In this document: positions 50,250 to 62,670 of the stretch, piece after piece
How the letters are laid out: every line of letters begins with the position of its first letter
Numbering within the stretch: position 1 is the first letter of the stretch
Source: Antedon mediterranea
Taxonomy: Eukaryota > Animalia > Echinodermata
Reading direction: 5' to 3'
DNA: 64,000 nucleotides
NCBI RefSeq assembly: GCF_964355755.1
Contig: NC_092677.1
Coordinates: forward strand, 4,734,101-4,798,100
The notes under the pieces: generated by a model
What the model saw: the letters and a program-made list of their open reading frames with translations, nothing else
Told to the model about the DNA's origin: nothing
Databases searched by the model: none
Translations under genes and position numbers: made by a program

Positions 50250-53200
50250 CTATATGCCTAACTGTTGACAATAATGCGATTCTGCAACTTTTCCTTTATT
50301 CGACGTACTACTAACATCATGATGAGGCTCTTCGTAGCTTACACTATTTGTCGAAATCAGTCCTTGGTTTTGAGGTTCCATTTTAATTCCTTCTCTTGTT
50401 TCCTGGAGAAACAATAATATTTATCATTGATCATGAGGAAACTTTTGTTTAAACAAAAAACTTAATTTGAACTTGACTTAGTTAGCAACTCCCTATTGAA
50501 CTTAGCTAAATGTTGGTTTCAAGTCGCTCAAAATTCAAAATTAGATTCTTCTTGCTGGAACTGTTTGTTGGGACTAATCAATTGTTGATTTTAATTCGTG
50601 TAACTTGAGTATAATGACATTGTTACTTTTGCGATACATACCACTTTGTTAGAGGTGGGTCTAACATATCCCTCATTATCTAAGTCGACATCATTGTTTG
50701 CAGAATTAACTTGCAGATCTTGGTACTGATGACGTTGACGTTCATGCCCTCTTACTCCTGTCTGAAAAAAGAAATAGTGTTTGTTAGTAACATTGATGTT
50801 GTTGTGGTACTTGTATATATTATCAGAAGAAGAAAAAATTAAGCTAGCACAATTGACTTTAAGATACGATTTTATTTCCCGCTGTTAATTAGACGTGCTG
50901 TATCTTCTTCTGTAACGCTTTGGTCGGTCATGTGGATATTAGGGACTATACGTTAAAATAGTGTCACTTGAGTATACTAATATGTTTAACCCGGCGGTCC
51001 CTCCAATCAACTTTGTGATACATAGTACTACGTCATTATACCTCAATGGCCTTGGCATATCCCTCGTCATCTATGGCGATATCAGAGTTTTCCGAAACCT
51101 GCAGATCTTGGTACTGATGATGGTGAAGTTCGATTTCTCTTACTTCTCTCTGTTAAACAATAGATGATGATTGTGTAAATATTGATGTTCTTGTAGCTAA
51201 ATAGTAACCATTTTCGTTGATCACCTATTTTTATATAATTAGGAACTAATCAATTGCTGAGTATCGTGTAACTTGAGTATACTAAAATTGTTACTTTTGC
51301 GATACTGTACATACCACTTTATTAGACGTGGGTCTAACATAGCCCTCGTCATCTAAGTCGACATCATTGTTTGCCGAATTAACTTGCAGATCTTGGTACT
51401 GATGACGTTGTCGTTCAGGCTCTATTACTCCTCTCTATCAAACAAAATGGTGTTAACATTACGTTAGTAACATTTTTAGTTTATTTCGTTTATTCAATAA
51501 ATTATGCACAAATATATATAAAAAACATATGATAATAATTACATTAACAAGTTCAATAGTACTTTAAAATATATTATGTGGAAGGAAGCTAATAAGCTAA
51601 ATAGTGTAATTAACTTTACGCCTAGGCTATCAGAAACAAGCGAATTACAATAATAAAATGTTGGGCAGAAAAAGATACAACATAATACTATACGATATAT
51701 TATTATTAAAAATAAATTGATGTTTAGTTGTGTAACTTGTATAATATATTTTAGGTAACGCTTAAACTTTCCGCTCTCAATTACACATAACTTTAAGCTA
51801 CTAAAAAGAGGTATAACGCTTTCATCGGTCATATAATAGTGTCCCGTATACACACAAGTTTAACCTCCCGTCTCCCAATATTGTGATACACACTGAACTA
51901 CTTCATTATACCTCAATTGGCTTGACATATCCCTTGTCATCTATGGTGACATCCGAAACTTGTAGATCTTGGTACTGATAGCGTTGACCATCGATTTCCC
52001 TTACTTCTCTCTGTTAAACAATATGGTGTTTTATATAGTTTGTATCTCTTTAAAATAATAAATAAATATTGCTTTAATCTTTACTTAAATTAGAAAGAAT
52101 GGTAAAACTTAAGTTTGAATTGTTACACACGAGTAGAGATTTTTTTTTTAAATGTCTCGGAAAAGGTTTACCTGTATTCTGGTCATTGATCTTGCTTTAG
52201 TTGACGTCCTGGTAGCACTAGCCTCCATCGTAGGACCTATGTTGAGATCTTTGTATTCTCCAGTATTTGAAGACAATTGCAAGGCTTGATATTGAGGATT
52301 TAGGCACTTTGAAGTTATTTCTTGTATTCGTTTTAGCTTAATAGAAACAATAATAAACAATATAAAGTAGATCTAATAAAAGTTTAAGTCTACTTACTTA
52401 TTTAATTTTAAGTTGTAAAAAAAGGTCAACATCTTGTTTATTTAAAATTACTTACATAAATATAACGAGTTATTATAAACATCGGAACCAGGCAAAGAAT
52501 TGCAGTAATTGCTATAGTTATCAATATACTTATTGCATACGAACAACCACCTATAAATTATAAATATACAATGTTAAATATTGAAATATACATTGCTGTA
52601 CTACATTATACTAAACACTATTCTACAGTATAAAATGTGTTCCAGAAACAAGTCAGGGGTGAAATTTACCTATATTACATGTACAGTTTTGTAGAGTATC
52701 TGTATTGCTACGCTTTTCATTCTCTGCCCAACATGTAAGATTTGATTGACATATCTCATCATCAATTTCTATAGCTGCGATGTTTTCTCCTTTCTTAACC
52801 ACTTCTCCATCTTGTAATATCAATACTGATGAGGGCTTGGGATGACCATCTGCTGTGCATGTTGCTACACCATCCTCAGATGTAAAAGTAGCAGTGATAT
52901 CTAAACAAAAATATGATACTAGTAATACTGATGTGGCATATTTATAAATTATTTTGTGAAATTTGAACATTTTTCTTGAGCATTATGTTATGAAACTTGT
53001 ATTGCCTATTAAAATTAGTATTATCAAAACATTGTCACGTGCCATTTCTGAATGGAGATTAATTATGTACAGTATATAGAAAACATTTTCTCTAGAAAGT
53101 GATTTTACAAAATTCAATTTTTGATCTGTTATTCTTTATTATGTCATCATTCAGCTGCATATAAATAATAAATATATGTGTTATAGATTTATTACTTTAA

Positions 53201-54630
53201 AATTCAATTTGGACATACAATATCCAATTATGGTTAGCTGTCTTCCAACACTTGTTTTAGCATCCTCTCCTTTAAACTGGTCACTTTCTGCTTTACATGC
53301 ATATCTCCCACCATCTTCTTCAGTAGCTGATTTAATTACAAGCACTGACTCTACATTGTTATTTGCTGTTACGTATTTAGAAGTTTCATTTATATTGACT
53401 GTCTGTCCATCTTTATACCACGTAATGTCAGGAATAGGGTCACCATCATGTTTACTACATGTAAAGGTCACGGAATGACACTTATATGCAGAACCTGATG
53501 ACACATTAAGAAGAGGTTGATCCAAGTCTGTAAAAACATAATAAAATAGTAATGAAATGTGACAGTTAATAAATAAAGAATGATATTTATTATTATTTCA
53601 ATTTAGTCGGACATTTACTGATAGCAATCTTTTGGTGAATGTCAGAGGGGATTTCAGATATATAGCTACTAATCGTGTAGCGTAATGTACCGATGACATG
53701 CAGTGCCGGCATCTGCATGAACCACCGAAGTAGATTTCCAGGCCGAGAATAATTGTCTTCATACATTTCAGATATTATTTATTTACAAATGAAAGAAAAA
53801 AACAATTTTGTTAGAATAATGACATTAATTTTACTTACAATATACAGTTAGTAACGATTGGTTTGACATTTCAATGTTCCCATTTTTTGCTCGGATCTTG
53901 CATTGAAATTCTCGTTTAGAATCACCTCTGGTTGGCTGTGACATCACCAAGTCAGCTCTACCAGGTGTTATGTTTAACTTAAAACGATCATTTTCCATCT
54001 TGTTCTTATTAACAAAACCAGGATTAATGATTACCCCTTCATCTAGTTCATCCCATTGTATTACATCAGGTGTAGTAGACATAACTTGAGAATAATCACA
54101 AATTATTACACCTACAGAGTCACCCTCTTTGGCTTTTTGGTCAGATGTTGTCACCGACTGTCCATGTGATTCTAACAAAAAGAAAGAAATACCAAAAATA
54201 CTAATACATGATATACTAAGGTGTTTTGATAAGCAACATTAATCGTAAAATCAGATTAAAACATTTATGAATTTTTATTTTTCAATGACGTTTAAATTGG
54301 ACTTGGAAACATTTCATTAAGACACGAAAACTGTTCTAATTGTTTTTCTGTAGAAACAATCTAAACGGCTAATATGTTGTCCTTATATCGTCCTTATAAA
54401 CATGTTTTTGTGTGTCTACTATCTATCTACTCCCTGCTGTTGTAATTTCAACCATAACACGCATTTATTTTAACTATTTAACTATACAGTATGTCTGTCT
54501 GTTATACGACAGCACCAACTAATAATAAAACTAATAGAATTACGATATTAGAAATACCACTAGTGTATATATATACTTTACCGAATAAAGAATGCTGTAT
54601 AACAATTAGCAACGTCAACCATAACGCCAT
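50250..54630 (-). CDS. IgSF ITAM receptor paralogue 5 with four tandem Tyr-module exons, about 593 aa
   Basis: Exons: 54582-54630 (MALWLTLLIVIQHSLF), 53839-54171 (V), 53219-53527 (I), 52670-52900 (D3), 52456-52550 (TM), 52172-52336 (ITAM YQALQLSSNTGEYKDL), 51912-52010, 51315-51434, 51042-51149, 50642-50761, terminal 50250-50402. In frame. Confidence 0.87.
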
Positions 54631-56399
54631 ATCTATAAGAAATAAAAATAGGCCATCTGTGAGCATGAATGTTGTAATTATGAACACATTTACAATTGAT
54701 CAGTTTCTTAATGTAAACAATGATTTTCTTTGTTTTGATCGAAATAACAATCATTGACAATCGGGGTCTTCACCGGTCGTGGTTTCGATCGTTATCGGCA
54801 TACTTTATTGCTTTGCAATTTCAGATATAACCACGTAGGCCTATATTAATAATAACAAATACATACAAAAATGGTTTCAGCATGAGTTATTATAGGGACT
54901 GTGATTTATGAATCATTCGATTTTCTAAAATGTTGGGTTAAACTTTAATAAAAAGCCTATTTGCTTTATCGAATAAAAATAATCATTTTCACCCTTTTTC
55001 TTAAATTTTACTCCAAAAATATTTTTATTTTAAACATAGTAGGCCTATAAACTGACTCCAAATAACGCCACCATGACATAATTAATCAAACTAATAAATG
55101 AAACAAATTATAATTTAAAACATTTGATTTAAAAAAAAAAAATGTGTGGGGAGGAGCTATAGGTACTTTTTACTTTATGTTATGACAGTGTGAAGCGCCG
55201 CTGATTATGAGTTTTTCCATAGAAATGGGTGCTATCATCCCTATCAGGGAAGAGTTAAATTACAAAAGTTTATTGTAATTTAAATCTTTATATAATGTTA
55301 ATGCATCGCCTATCATGCCTACTAATATATGTAAAAAAAGTACGATATTCGATTCTTGCGAACAACCTTCGCCGGGAACCATGCTAAAACACCCCCAAAC
55401 TAAAATAAACAAACTCTGGCTGTTAATTGTTATGTTATCAAAGTTCAAAGTGTAGTAGGTTCTTTAATGTTATGTATAAGTTTAAGTTACCGTTTTACTA
55501 GCCTAGGCCTAGAGGGTAGAGCTATATTAATAATGAGTGTGGGAAACAGTAGACCGAGACATAAAGTAAGCAGAATTTAGCATACAGTATTATGTATTTA
55601 ATGTAGTTTTTGCATTCACTGCAAACTTCGACTACTTCGTTTTTGAATCGAATTTGAAGTAATAGCTCGAACTACGACTTTTTCAAGTCGAACTTCGAAC
55701 TACGACTAAAGTCCGGTTTAAGAATACGGGCGTGAGAATGAGTTGTTCTCGCCCGGGTAGGACTAACAGGTGATCCTTCTTGAATAAGTACTAGGGGGCC
55801 CATAAATAAGTGTTATAAATAGGGCGGTTCTAGGGCCTAGAAACTAACCTATCTATTTTAAAAAGGTATATTTCTATTTTATTCACACTCGAGACGGACG
55901 CCCACTTATACAGAATGGTCTTTTTTTGTTCGTTTTATTTTTTGTCTTGGCATTGTTTGATTAATCAAAATTAATGATTGTCATACGAAATAAATTAATA
56001 AAAGTTTGAAAGATTCCATGGGAAAATCAATATGTTGATATAAAGTTTGCAGTACGGTAGGCCTACACCATATGTAAAATTGTCATTATTGGGTACAAGG
56101 ATGAAGCCGGTGTAAGATTGAATTGTGTCCAGCATTCAAAAGTGTCCGGGTGGACACTTTTCAGCATTGGATAGTGTCCAGTTGCATGTTTCAACGGGTT
56201 CGTGGGCGTTTTTCAACAATTTAATGCTGTCCGGCCCGTTTAATAATGTCTGACCCATGGATTGAAATGCGTCCACTATTAAATACTGTATCATACCGTA
56301 CGTTTTATGATAGGTGGTTGTTTTTATCACGCCTACACTTGTCTTGTCTTCTTTTAATAACCAATAATACTTAATGATGCCAAACAAATTTTTTTTTTT

Positions 56400-57607
56400 C
56401 TAATTAAAGATCGCTTTGCCTAAACACCTCCAATTAGGGACCATTATATTATATGGTATGTGAAAAGACAAGAAGAATAAATAATTGTTAAGTATGTGAC
56501 AAAAACAAGTGAATGAAGTGTTCCTCTTCCAATTAAAAATCACTTTACCTAAAACACCTCCAATTAGCGACCATTATATTATTTAGTATTAATAAAGCAA
56601 GAAGAATATATAGTTATTAATTATGTGACAAAAAACAAGTAATTGTACTGGACCTCTTTCAATAAAGGACCACTTTACTTAAAACACCTCCAATTAGCGA
56701 CCATTTTATAAATTAGTATGAGTAAAGACAATAATAATTAATAGTTTTAATTATGTGACAAAATTAAGTAACTGTACTGACTGGTTCGCTTCCAATTAAA
56801 GATCACTTTACTTTAAGACACCTCTAATTAGTGACCATTTTTATTAATTGGTATGAGTAAAGGCAAGAATAATTAATAGTTTAATTATGTGACAAAATTA
56901 AGTAAATGTACTGGTCCGCTTCCAATTAAAGGTCACTTTACTTTAAGACACCTCTAATTAGCGACCATTTTATTAATTGGTAGAAGTAAATACAAGAAGA
57001 ATACATAGTTTTAATTATGATAGTGACATAATTAAGTAACTGTACTAGTCCTCTTCCAGTTATAGATCACTTTACTTAAAGAAACCTCCAATTAGCGACC
57101 ATTATATTATTTAGTATTAATAAAGCAAGAAGAATATATAGTTATTAATTATGTGACAAAAAACAAGTAATTGTACTGGTCCTCTTTCAATAAAGGACCA
57201 CTTTACTTAAAACACCTCCAATTAGCGACCATTTTATTAATTGGTATGAGTAAAGACAATAATAATTAATAGTTTTAATTATGTGACAAAATTAAGTAAC
57301 TGTACTGACTGGTCCGCTTCCAATTAAAGATCACTTTACTTTAAGACACCTCTAATTAGTGACCATTTTTATTAATTGGTATGAGTAAAGGCAAGAATAA
57401 TTAATAGTTTAATTATGTGACAAAATTAAGTAAATGTACTGGTCCGCTTCCAATTAAAGGTCACTTTACTTTAAGACACCTTTAATTAGCGACCATTTTA
57501 TTAATTGGTAGGAGTAAATACAAGAAGAATACATAGTTTTAATTATGATAGTGACAAAATTAAGTAACTGTACTAGTCCTCTTCCAGTTATAGATCACTT
57601 TACTTAA
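56400..57607. repeat. Satellite array, monomer about 130 bp, left part
   Basis: acacctccaattagcgaccatt recurs at about 56423, 56553, 56683, 56818, 56948, 57083, 57212, 57346 and 57476. Confidence 0.95.
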
Positions 57608-60600
57608 AGATGTATTGTCCCCCAAAAAATGAAAAAGAAAGATGAAAAAAATCAAATTTTGAATAGACTGTTTTGTAGTTAACATAATGTTATTCACTTC
57701 CACCGAAAAAAAATCCGAAAAAAATATTGATTTCGCTTATAAAAAAATCAAAATAAGTTTACCATTTTTTCGAACTCATCGGCTCAGAAATTAGGCCGGT
57801 AGAGCTAACTCATACATATGCATGATATGTTAATGAGCATCCACACAGCAGAGATCTGATCTAACAATGGACGATGCACGTTGTATGTACAACAACACCA
57901 CCAGAGATCGACGCGACTCGACTGTGGGTTTCCCTGGCCTGATCGTATAAATATGTAAAGCTGAGCTGTTAATTTGTCGGTAAGTAGGCCTAGACGGTTA
58001 TTTTAAATATAATAATATATATAACGCAATAATAACAGGAAGGTAAATTAATTAACTGAGCCTGGGATTTTTTCCGTTCAAGGCTAGGCCTAGAATAATT
58101 AATACATGCTGCTGCATATTACTAGGCTAGTAGCAAGCAGACTGTGACAATCGGGTCCCTGCAGAAGATGCCCAGCTAGGCCCTATACATTGTACTCTTC
58201 ATAGACTGGCCTAGGCTATATGTCATCAATCTTAGCTACATTCCGAAAATACAGCCAGCTTGCTGTACCATATATATATACAGTTGAAGCTTGTTTAACT
58301 AATTTTTATGATAAAAATAAAACAAACATTTTTCAGGGAAAATGGTTGCAATACAAGCCTGAAATTGAGAACCTTACAGCAGCACTGTACAAGTAGACAG
58401 AGGGGAAAAGCCAGCTTAGCCATTTTACAACACAAACAAATGTTCTCTGTACTGTAGTAAGTCAAATATTTATTTTCTCTTTTTATAAGTTATAACATTA
58501 TAAGTAATGTGTTTTAATTACCATAGAAAGGTAGTATACTTATTTGACTATGTCAAAGTAAGCAATTTCACTAGCCCAATTTTGCACTAAATATGCATGA
58601 TCTATTTTTTCCAGATTTTCATACTTTGCTTTTACTTTTTTTAAAGACGTTGAGCTGATGAAGACTGGAACAGAGGTCACCCAAAGACAACAATGATAGA
58701 CTCGGTATTGGAATATGAATGGATATTGCAGGAAAAATATTTCTGACTCTCCTGCTGCATTCGGCCAATATGTTCTTGTCCAGCTTGTAAAATATTGTAT
58801 ATTTTTTTTGTATTATATGTACAGTATATTATTTTGTAAACATAACATTCAATAAATAATAAAAAACTACTTTTATTTATTTATTTATTTTATTTATTCA
58901 TTTCCCAACCAACAGTGAGCTCATGGTTCACCACTTACAGGAGGGAACACAGACAAACACGTACATATACAAACAAACATTAAACTAAACTACTAACAAT
59001 GTTACGAAACTTACGGAAATTATTACTAAAAATATCTAACTCAGGGTTTCTTAAAGTAAAAGAATTGTAAGTTTGACTTAATCTACTAATAAAACCATTT
59101 TTTAAAACATTTACTCTACTAAAAGGAATATGAAAAGTAGTATTTCTTCTAAGACGACGACTAGGGACTCTAAGATAAAAATTGCTAACTAAGTTACAGT
59201 CAAATAAAGAATTAATACATTTATACAAAAAAACAAGATCAAAAAAGGTTCTACGAGACTCAGGAGATCGGACATGGAAATGAAAGTCAGGATTCTGGTT
59301 GTGGCTGATGTAGCGTAAAAAACGGTTATGCAGACGCTGAATGCGCGTAGACTGAGTTTCCGAAATAGAATTAAAAATAACAGAACAGAAGTTGAGAATG
59401 GGATGGATAATTGAATAATAAAGGTGGATTTTGGTTTGCCTGTCAAAATGTTTACAATTACGCCACATCAGCCCAAGCAGTCTATTGCACTTGCCAACAA
59501 GATAATCAATATGAAAGGAAAAACAAAGGGAACTATCAATAAAAACACCAAGATCTTTTTGCGATTGCACCCTATTAATGGGATTGTCATTAATTAAATA
59601 ATTATAAAATAAAATGTTCTTTTTCAAAGTAATAGTTAAAATATTGCACTTTACTGGATTGAGGGACATTCCCCATAAAGCAGCCCAATAACATAGCTTG
59701 TCCAAATCCACCTGAAGCCTGTCAGCATCCTCAACACTACCAATAATTCTGTATAGCTTAACATCATCAGCAAACATAAGACATCTGGAGTACAACAGTA
59801 CACAGGATAAATTCTTCAAATTTACTTGCACTTCATAATTTTACTGTAAATATTACAGTGCAAAAGGAGTTAATAAAATATATATATACAGTATATCTTA
59901 TTGAATTCCTGTATTGTTTTTTGTGTCAATTTGTCTACTAATTATCAATGTGTTGATTGTGGCAGTAATTACGACAGCTATAGTCTTCTAAGATCGCTCA
60001 CATCCATTACAAAGTGTCATTTTAATAGTAAGAAACGTTTCAATAAATTGTGAATGTTGCCACTGTACGATACATTTTATGTTTCTCACTACTTGCTCTT
60101 ATTGTTCAATCAATCAACCTAAAAAAAAAAGAAATTTGTGTCAAAATATCTGCATAAAATGTTTATTTGCGGAATGTTAATTTGAACCTATTGCATTTGA
60201 TACAGAAAATATTTTTAAAATATTGCATCAGTAAAACATCCAAAACAATATTTAGATTTTCTTTTTTTTTTTATTTTCACTGCCGAATAGATAGTTGAAA
60301 TCTTTAAAAATTAAACCAATTCATCATGATTAAAACAAAAATACATCCCTTCTGGTGGTGGTCTACTGTAGCCCTAGCTAGCAGTGTACTGCCTAGGCCT
60401 ACTACACTCTACTTCTAGAGACAGAAGTAGGCAGCAGTTAGGCTACTCGAGACTGTCAGTGCTAGTAGTAGTAGTAAATCCGACTAGTAGTACAGTAGCA
60501 GCAAATTCGGGCCTAGGCCTAGCTAGGCCTCTCCTGTTAGCGAAACAAAAACTCACCTAAATGAACAAGATTCAACATCAAAGTTACCAACTTCAATTCT

Positions 60601-60984
60601 AACTTAGCATTCTGCTAGCTATAGTTTTCGTGTTTTCTTCAAGATTCGTCTCGCATCACTACTCGACTCTCTCGCACGCATGCATTGCTATCGTTGTTGG
60701 CTGTTGATTTGGAAAGCATCATCATCCACACGATGTATCCATACAATATGAATATTTATGAGCTAACTCAGGTCAAGGGTTAAATTAAACCGGAACACAT
60801 TTGTCTTCCAGACAAATAGCTTCCGGTTGGTTAATTTTTGCATTAAATTGCGATTTTCCCGTGTAAAAAAATATTTTTTTCAATCCAAATTGAGGTCAAA
60901 GTGAATAACTTTTATGTGCAATTAAAATGGCCTATTCAACAAAAATATTGAAAAAAAAAAATTTTTCAGGGGGACAATACATCT
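57608..60984. mobile_element. TTAA-targeting non-autonomous DNA transposon (Kolobok-like) inserted in the satellite
   Basis: Perfect TIRs agatgtattgtccccc / gggggacaatacatct, each flanked by TTAA. The satellite monomer resumes exactly after the element. Confidence 0.85.
58870..59800 (-). mobile_element. 5'-truncated LINE (CR1/Jockey-group) RT C-terminus with (TAAA)n tail
   Basis: ORF 58980-59831 contains FADDVK, LQVDLD, KDLGVFID and a typical LINE C-terminus; 3' taaa repeats at 58870-58900. Confidence 0.9.
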
Positions 60985-61785
60985 TTAAAGAAACCTCCAA
61001 TTAGCGACCATTATATTATTTAGTATGAATAAAGACAAAAAGAATAAATAATTGTTAAGTATGTGACAAAACCAAGTAAATGAAGTATGAAGTGGTCCTC
61101 TTCCATTTAAAATCACTTTACCTAAAACACCTCCAATTAGCGACCATTATATTAATTGGTATGAGTAAAGACAATAATAATTAATAGTTTTAGTTATGTG
61201 ACAAAATTAAGTAACTGTACTGGTCCGCTTCCAATTAAAGATCACTTTACTTTAAGACACCTCTAATTAGTGACCATTTTTATTAATTGGTATGAGTAAA
61301 GGCAAGAATAATTAATAGTTTAATTATGTGACAAAATTAAGTAAATGTACTGGTCCTCTTCCAATTAAAGATCACTTCAGTTTAAGACACTTCCAATTAG
61401 CGACCGTTATATTATTTTGTATGAATAAAGACAAGAAGAAGAAATAGTTTATAATCATGTGATAAAAAACAAGTAATTGTACTGGTCCTCTTCCAATTAA
61501 AGATCACTTCAATTTAAACACTTCCATTTAGCGACCGTTTTATTATTTTGTATGAGTACAGACAAGAGGAATAAATAGTTTATAATCATGTGATAAAAAA
61601 CAAGTAATTGTACTGGTCCTCTTCCAATTATAGATCACTTTACTTTAAGACACTTCCAATTAGCGACCGTTTTATTATTTTGTACGAGCACAGACAAGAG
61701 GAATAAATAGTTTATAATCATGTGATTAAAAACAAGTAATTGTACTGGTCCTCTTCCAATTAAAGATCACTTTACTGTAAGACAG
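60985..61785. repeat. Satellite array, monomer about 130 bp, right part
   Basis: About six more monomers of the same family; the distal ones are more diverged. Confidence 0.93.
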
Positions 61786-62349
61786 ACACGACTAAAAGGT
61801 GAAATAATAATAACAAATAATAATAACAGGATTTTTATAGCGCACATACCACAGAGTGCTCAAGGCGCATTAAAAAAAAAAATACTAATAAAAACAAATC
61901 ATACAACTCTCCCGGTCCCGAGAGCCGCTGTTTTGAGGTTGACCTGACAATTGTGGCAATTACCAATTGGGACATTACCCTTGCTGGACATCTGGTAAAA
62001 ATAAATACTGATTATGCTGCCACTTTAGTACACAAAACGATAAATAAAAAAACAATACAACTTGTAGCATTCCATTTAAACTAATACAGTAGGCTCTGTT
62101 CAAAACTGCTAGTGTAGAAAAGTCAAATCCACCCATATAATAAAACCTAGAACTAGCTAATGATGTAGAAACACCAACAGCTTATTTATCAAATAAAAAT
62201 CAACATTATACTACTGTACAACTCAACAGGTAATGTAGTAACGAAAATTGCCTCACAGCTAATGTAGTTAATATCGCCAGCTAATAAAATATTATATATT
62301 TTACAAACCTAAATGTCTAAATCATGTGCAAATGTATTTCTCTACTTGC

Positions 62350-62670
62350 CGTCAGTCTATCCACCTCTCGTAAGTGATCGGCTTTCAAAACTTAGCACTC
62401 TGATCGTAAGCAACCACCCTTGTTAGCGACCACCTTTAATATTTAAAAGGGACTACCTCTGTTAAAGGACCGCTTCTCACAATGGACAACCTCCTGAAGG
62501 GGTAACCACCTCTCATAACGGACTGCTTTCATAAACTACCACCGCTCGTAGACGACCACTTCTTTTACCGACTACACCTCCCGTAAGTGACCACCTCAAT
62601 AGAGGTGGTAATTAGCGAAAGGTGGTCGTTACGGAATTATGAGAAGTGGTCCCTTAGGAGAGGTGGACGT
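62350..62670. repeat. Degenerate MITE-like block of gcgaccacct-type motifs
   Basis: Repeated accacct motifs followed by inverted aggtggtc motifs. Confidence 0.45.

Noticed and set aside
53176-53478. Plus-strand ORF, and similar ones at 1340-1603, 1660-1866, 11486-11671 and 50961-51167
   Set aside because: Antisense to real minus-strand exons; no independent coding signal.
1959-54171. Rearranging V segments or Dscam-style mutually exclusive exon cassettes
   Set aside because: Each V exon has its own leader and downstream exons and ends in a normal splice donor. I noticed no RSS heptamer/nonamer next to them (not exhaustively scanned).
56400-61785. CRISPR-like array
   Set aside because: Whole 130-bp units are homologous with no unique spacers, there are no cas genes, and the context is eukaryotic: a satellite.
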